This document shows, in pieces, positions 6,406 to 10,031 of a stretch of 10,031 bases of DNA (positions are counted from its first letter, which is position 1; each line of letters starts with the position of its first letter). This DNA comes from a virus (Duplodnaviria > Heunggongvirae > Uroviricota > Caudoviricetes): positions 1 to 10,031 of the IMG/VR virus record IMGVR_UViG_2645727991_000007. One strand, given 5' to 3'. The notes beneath the pieces were generated by a model that did not search any database, was not told the DNA's origin, and saw only the letters and a list, made by a program, of their open reading frames with translations. The position numbers and the translations under genes were made by a program.

Positions 6406-6488
6406 ACTTTTACCCACATCATTCCGGTGTTAGAATTAACCGTCCGCCCCCCTCTCTTACTGGCGGATTCGTAGGCTATATAAATCAA

Positions 6489-6523
6489 AGATCCCGGCTC
6501 ATGTTTGTGTCGGGATCTTTTTT
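6489..6523. terminator. Bidirectional intrinsic terminator between the convergent TA operon and the minus-strand small-peptide ORF
   Basis: 8-bp stem agatcccg(6489-6496) / 14-nt loop / cgggatct(6511-6518), followed by TTTTTT (6518-6523) on plus and by CTTTGATTTATAT on minus. Confidence 0.5.
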
Positions 6524-6530
6524 CGGCGAT

Positions 6531-6614
6531 TTATCCCCAGCGGCAAATCGAATACACCACCAGCGCCACCGCCATCGCAATTCCTACCGTTGTGAATGCT
6601 TCAGGCCTGGTCAT
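6531..6614 (-). CDS. 27-aa single-TM peptide, translationally coupled to the upstream ORF
   Basis: Below the track cutoff. ATG 6614..6612 overlaps the TGA of the 114-aa ORF (ATGA). Translation [30 protein letters not shown] stop 6533..6531, terminator directly downstream. Confidence 0.25.
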   Translation of the reverse strand: MTRPEAFTTVGIAMAVALVVYSICRWG

Positions 6615-6955
6615 CGTAAAACATCCTCCACGCTTGTCAGTCCGTTTCGCTCCAGGTAGTCCATCGCCTTATCCGGCAGTTTGCAGTCCGGCTTCGCTTT
6701 CCTCAGTTGCCAGGCTAACTGCTTTACCTGCATAGTTAACTCGTCGACCAGACGCTGATACCCCACTGGTTTGTATTCATGCAATTTACCGGCTGGCTCT
6801 GCTGCCAGCGATGCCAGTGCGATTTCCAGAACAGCAATATCCATCTTATATGTGCGGATGATGTCATGGTCGATTGTGCCCGGTATACACAGTCTCTGTG
6901 CTTCAATAGTCTCCTCTGCGTGAGCTATTAACTGCTCTCTGGTAATAGTGGTCAT
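6611..6955 (-). CDS. Hypothetical prophage protein (114 aa)
   Basis: ORF-track frame; ATG 6955..6953 overlaps the upstream TGA (ATGA). [31 protein letters not shown]... ; no family recognised. Confidence 0.55.
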   Translation of the reverse strand: MTTITREQLIAHAEETIEAQRLCIPGTIDHDIIRTYKMDIAVLEIALASLAAEPAGKLHEYKPVGYQRLVDELTMQVKQLAWQLRKAKPDCKLPDKAMDYLERNGLTSVEDVLR

Positions 6956-7467
6956 GCCGCGTTTCCTTCTTTCTTATTAACAATTACACCGTCATATATT
7001 TCATTAAGGTGCCCTCTCAACTCCATGCGCCTTAATGCAGACAACATGTAATCGCATTCAACCTGCTTATTTCCAGTAAATGGCTTATCGTCAGGATTAC
7101 CCCAACAGCAATTACCCTTGGGCCACCCATGTACTTTCCGTACTCTTCCGTTAACAACGTGAAGTAATCCCCAGCCAGGTGGTAAATCCTCAATTGAAAT
7201 AATTCCCGGCTCACTAATAAAGAATCGCCAGTCGCCCATTCCAAGAGACGGATTTTTACGAAAACACTTTTTTCTATCTGCCAACAAGTCAGCACGAGAA
7301 CATTTCGCCTCTATCAGGCATGATGCTGAATTTCTGAATCCCATAGCATCTGGCTGTTCTCCGGTACTGGTTACAGCTATAAAGCGGTCATGAAAACAAA
7401 CCTTGAACCCGTTGCGCTTAAGGAACTTGTACGCAATCTGACAGAGTTCGCGGTGTGTTAACGCCAT
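6952..7467 (-). CDS. Hypothetical protein with PD-(D/E)xK-like nuclease motif (171 aa)
   Basis: Track frame 6952..7497 trimmed to ATG 7467..7465 (SD AAGGAG 7 nt upstream), 1 nt after the Ea22-like stop. [21 protein letters not shown] gives D ... E-x-K with spacing typical of the PD-(D/E)xK fold; the fold assignment is inference only. Confidence 0.55.
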   Translation of the reverse strand: MALTHRELCQIAYKFLKRNGFKVCFHDRFIAVTSTGEQPDAMGFRNSASCLIEAKCSRADLLADRKKCFRKNPSLGMGDWRFFISEPGIISIEDLPPGWGLLHVVNGRVRKVHGWPKGNCCWGNPDDKPFTGNKQVECDYMLSALRRMELRGHLNEIYDGVIVNKKEGNAA

Positions 7468-7468
7468 A

Positions 7469-8416
7469 TCACTCTCCTTTGATGCGAATGCCAGCAAGCC
7501 AGTTTCTTATGCCGATATATTCAGCGTTCCTGAAACCGCTTTTTACATATATAAATGGCAAGCGAAGATTGTGACCATTGACTGCCAGGTAGTCTTTACA
7601 ACCCTGTTCGGTGAAACAGCAGGTAACGAATTCATCAATATCTTTCACAGCAACGCGCCGCCATTTTTCTGGTGGCTCTCGAAAGTTTTCATGAAGTAGC
7701 TCGAGACGACGACTATGGCGTTTATTGGCTTCATTGCCATCTTCGTCAACCCAGACAATCCGGTCATGGTCATAATCAGCATCAACAACGATTTCGCGCT
7801 TTTGATACACACAAAACATGGGATCTGACGTTATTCGATTGTCCTGTGTTCGAATATTTTCACCGATGATGCCAAACGAATCTGGTGCAGATTTTGTCTG
7901 CATCTCTTCGATACGTTCAGCCATCGCAGCACACTCTTCAAAGTTGCTTAATGCTTTTCGCTCCCATTCGGCGCATTGTTTTTCCAGTTCTGCTATGCGC
8001 TTACTTCCATCCGCGATTACTCCCTCGTAATATTCACGCTGCTCGTTGAGTTTTGATTTTGCTGCTTCAAGCTCAACGCGCAGCTTCCCTACCGTTAGCG
8101 CAATATCCTCGTTCTCCTGGTCGCGGCGTTTGATGTATTGCTGGTTTCTTTCCCGTTCATCCAGAAGCGCCAGCGCAACATTTGGATTAAAGGCAGCAAT
8201 AAATTCAGCGTTTGCGTAAGCCTGAGCATCTGTTTCAACCAGGCAGTTAACATGACATTCTGCAATCACGCCACCGGGTTCTCCTTTCCATTTTTGACAA
8301 ACAAAAACTCCTGTTATATTCCCATGCTGATTGCCCGATGTATGCCCTACGATGTAGCATCCTTTAGTTGCTTTCTCTGCTGCTTCACGCAGCGCCTGAT
8401 AGTCAATCTCGCTCAT
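7469..8416 (-). CDS. Ead/Ea22-like family protein (315 aa) with central coiled-coil
   Basis: ORF-track frame; ATG 8416..8414 overlaps the upstream TGA. N-terminus MSEIDYQALREAAEKATKG, the LLDERERNQQYIKRRDQENEDIALTVGKLRVELEAAKSKLNEQREYYEG coiled-coil and the C-terminal AGIRIKGE resemble lambda Ea22-type proteins as I recall them. Confidence 0.6.
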   Translation of the reverse strand: MSEIDYQALREAAEKATKGCYIVGHTSGNQHGNITGVFVCQKWKGEPGGVIAECHVNCLVETDAQAYANAEFIAAFNPNVALALLDERERNQQYIKRRDQENEDIALTVGKLRVELEAAKSKLNEQREYYEGVIADGSKRIAELEKQCAEWERKALSNFEECAAMAERIEEMQTKSAPDSFGIIGENIRTQDNRITSDPMFCVYQKREIVVDADYDHDRIVWVDEDGNEANKRHSRRLELLHENFREPPEKWRRVAVKDIDEFVTCCFTEQGCKDYLAVNGHNLRLPFIYVKSGFRNAEYIGIRNWLAGIRIKGE

Positions 8417-8589
8417 TCATCGCCCCACTCATCACAATATGCTTCGACCGCAGTTTTCCCTGCTTCATAATCATCACGCCATGCTTCAGCATCAGCAGCA
8501 CTGCCACCACGTAACTCTGCATAGTCCATTAACAGTTCATGCCATTCTTCAAAACTGACGCTGTATTTAGTTGAACCAAAATCAGCCAT
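8413..8589 (-). CDS. Small highly acidic protein (58 aa)
   Basis: Below the track cutoff. ATG 8589..8587 with strong SD AGGAGGA. Translation MADFGSTKYSVSFEEWHELLMDYAELRGGSAADAEAWRDDYEAGKTAVEAYCDEWGDE; 16 D/E versus 4 K/R. Confidence 0.4.
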   Translation of the reverse strand: MADFGSTKYSVSFEEWHELLMDYAELRGGSAADAEAWRDDYEAGKTAVEAYCDEWGDE

Positions 8590-8590
8590 T

Positions 8591-8764
8591 TTATTCCTCC
8601 TCTTCGTCTTTTATTTCGTGATATGAGTAATTGCAGTAGTTAAAGAAAATATCTTTTGCTTCGTCATGTATTTCATCAGGCGTCGCATCATCATCCACTT
8701 CGAATTCATCCTCGAAATCTCCACCGGCTATTCCCGTTTCAATAATTATTTTAAACTTTCGCAT
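8591..8764 (-). CDS. Small highly acidic protein (57 aa)
   Basis: Below the track cutoff. ATG 8764..8762 preceded in frame by TAA. Translation MRKFKIIIETGIAGGDFEDEFEVDDDATPDEIHDEAKDIFFNYCNYSYHEIKDEEEE; 20 D/E versus 5 K/R. TAA stop is 1 nt before the next ATG. Confidence 0.4.
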   Translation of the reverse strand: MRKFKIIIETGIAGGDFEDEFEVDDDATPDEIHDEAKDIFFNYCNYSYHEIKDEEEE

Positions 8765-8857
8765 TTAACTACCGCCCTTTCGGGCGGCCTCCTGATGTTC
8801 TTAGGGTGCAGAAATCCCTCCGGTTAAGGATTAAATTTTTAACAGAGCTAAATTTAA

Positions 8858-9214
8858 TTATTCAGTTCTGGATTTTGTCGCCCTGCGTATCCGCGCTTTC
8901 GCGTTACGCTCAATCTGAATTAGCTTTTCTATATTTTTTCGCCTTTCCCGCTCCTCCTGGCGCAAGAGCCTTACATCATCTGCCAGTCTGGTTTCTCTTT
9001 TCGCCACAGAGAGCATCCAGTCAAACGGCTCCACAACTGCACCGCAGATTTTACAGCGGACCTGACGCTCTTTTTCGTCAACCCGAACAGAGGCGTGATG
9101 ACAATATGCTCTTTCCGATGCCTCATAAAGAAAATTAACCTGATTACGTGGGTCATCCTCTTTTACCGGAAATAAAACGATATTGCTTAACTCATCTTCT
9201 GGTTTTATTTCCAT
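8858..9214 (-). CDS. Hypothetical protein (118 aa) with CHH...CxxC zinc-ribbon-like motif and basic C-terminal tail
   Basis: Track frame 8858..9271 trimmed to ATG 9214..9212 (SD AAGGAG 6 nt upstream). MEIKPEDELSNIVLFPVKEDDP...AYCHHASVRVDEKERQVRCKICGAVVEPFDW...RLLRQEERERRKNIEKLIQIERNAKARIRRATKSRTE. Confidence 0.5.
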   Translation of the reverse strand: MEIKPEDELSNIVLFPVKEDDPRNQVNFLYEASERAYCHHASVRVDEKERQVRCKICGAVVEPFDWMLSVAKRETRLADDVRLLRQEERERRKNIEKLIQIERNAKARIRRATKSRTE

Positions 9215-9271
9215 GCTCTTCTCCTTTGATGTGAATGCCAGCGGTAATTGAAGCCTGATAGCTAATTTCAT

Positions 9272-9667
9272 TCACAGTATCGCCTCCTGAAAATTACCCT
9301 GATAGAAAGCCAGTACACGCAGCATAACTTCACTCTTCCGGCACTCGCCACAGATTATGTTCTGTTGTCTGTCGTAGCGGCGTATTTCTCCGTCTGGTAA
9401 CTTTCGAATCAATGTCTGGTCGGTTGTTTTCTCCGCTGCCTTACGCCATACGCGATACACCTGTTCTGATGTAAAAACACCGTATTTACCGGGCATGTAT
9501 AAATCGCCACAAGCCAGTACATCCACAAGGCAACGTCTGACTGAATGCCAGCCTGCTCCCGTCGCTCTCTCCAGTTGTGATATCGTCATGCGTTCATTTT
9601 TGCGTACCAGCCCGATAATTCGGGCCTTCAGTTCTTCACGCTGTTCGTGTGTAAAAGGTTTCGCCAT
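9272..9667 (-). CDS. Hypothetical protein (131 aa), possible winged-helix DNA-binding protein
   Basis: Track frame 9272..9682 trimmed to ATG 9667..9665 (SD GGAGG). MAKPFTHEQREELKARIIGLVRKNERMTISQLERATGAGWHSVRRCLVDVLACGDLYMPGKYGVF... ; the TISQLERATGAGWHSVRRCL segment is HTH-like (inference). Confidence 0.5.
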   Translation of the reverse strand: MAKPFTHEQREELKARIIGLVRKNERMTISQLERATGAGWHSVRRCLVDVLACGDLYMPGKYGVFTSEQVYRVWRKAAEKTTDQTLIRKLPDGEIRRYDRQQNIICGECRKSEVMLRVLAFYQGNFQEAIL

Positions 9668-9682
9668 AAGCGCCTCCGGCAA

Positions 9683-10031
9683 TCACTTTTCCGATACAAC
9701 ACGGCGGGAAGAATCAGTAATCTGTCGAACAATATCCCGGTGCTTGTTCAGCTCCCGCAGCGCGGCGCAGACTCGCTCCCACTTCTGAACATCACTTTTC
9801 GCCCTGCGCAGCGCCAGGTTTGCCCTGCGAAGGGACGGAAAAATCAGCTCATCTGCTTGCGTTTCGGTAAACGATGGCAACGGCTGCACAATGTCCGCCA
9901 CAGTTTCTGTTTTAATTTCTTCCTGTGTTGCGGCTTCCCGGACTGGTAACGCAGCACCTGCTGGCTGAGGAAAGGCCTTACCATCATTTTCCGTTACCGG
10001 CGCGGCTTTCGGATCTGCTGGTAAATTACCC
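9683..10031 (-). CDS. 3' portion of a gene continuing upstream beyond the window end (function unknown, possibly replication-region protein)
   Basis: The track gives 9683..9901 from an internal GTG, but the same frame stays open to the window edge (...GNLPADPKAAPVTENDGKAFPQPAGAALPVREAATQEEIKTETVADIVQPLPSFTETQADELIFPSLRRANLALRRAKSDVQKWERVCAALRELNKHRDIVRQITDSSRRVVSEK). Stop at 9685..9683. Confidence 0.45.
   Translation of the reverse strand, partial: GNLPADPKAAPVTENDGKAFPQPAGAALPVREAATQEEIKTETVADIVQPLPSFTETQADELIFPSLRRANLALRRAKSDVQKWERVCAALRELNKHRDIVRQITDSSRRVVSEK

Noticed and set aside
7032-8470. ORFs 7032..7295 (-), 7672..7869 (+), 7818..8030 (+) and 8138..8470 (+)
   Set aside because: Embedded in or antisense to the 171-aa and Ea22-like genes, whose frames are supported by SDs and coupled junctions.
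8806-9949. Plus-strand ORFs 8806..9138, 9495..9788, 9647..9949 and minus ORF 8971..9156
   Set aside because: Antisense or alternative-frame to the 118-aa, 131-aa and partial upstream genes; no start signals, low-complexity translations.
1-10031. CRISPR arrays, IS elements or integrase/att sites
   Set aside because: No regularly spaced direct repeats, no terminal inverted repeats flanking a transposase-like ORF, and no integrase-like ORF were seen; the window is internal to the prophage.

Overview
The window reads as the early-right to late junction of a lambdoid, Stx-phage-like but stx-negative, enterobacterial prophage, with almost all genes on the minus strand. In transcription order (high to low coordinates): the 3' end of a gene continuing beyond the window, a run of small tightly packed early/nin-type ORFs (two tiny very acidic proteins, an Ea22-like protein, a protein with a PD-(D/E)xK-like motif, a 27-aa membrane peptide), a ParD/ParE-like toxin-antitoxin pair on the plus strand, a DUF968 protein, RusA, a Q-like antiterminator, a short late-promoter leader with a tR'-like terminator, a small HTH ORF, a DNA methyltransferase lacking its catalytic motif, tRNA-Ile(CAU) and tRNA-Arg(UCU), a TerB-like gene with a coupled small membrane ORF where Stx phages carry stx, and the 5' part of a NanS-p-like esterase. 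All family assignments are from reading the translations and from memory of the families; no search was run. Gene boundaries come from start/stop/SD inspection. The most interesting candidates are the two tandem acidic mini-proteins, the coupled Ea22-like/nuclease/peptide string, and the TerB-like moron cassette.
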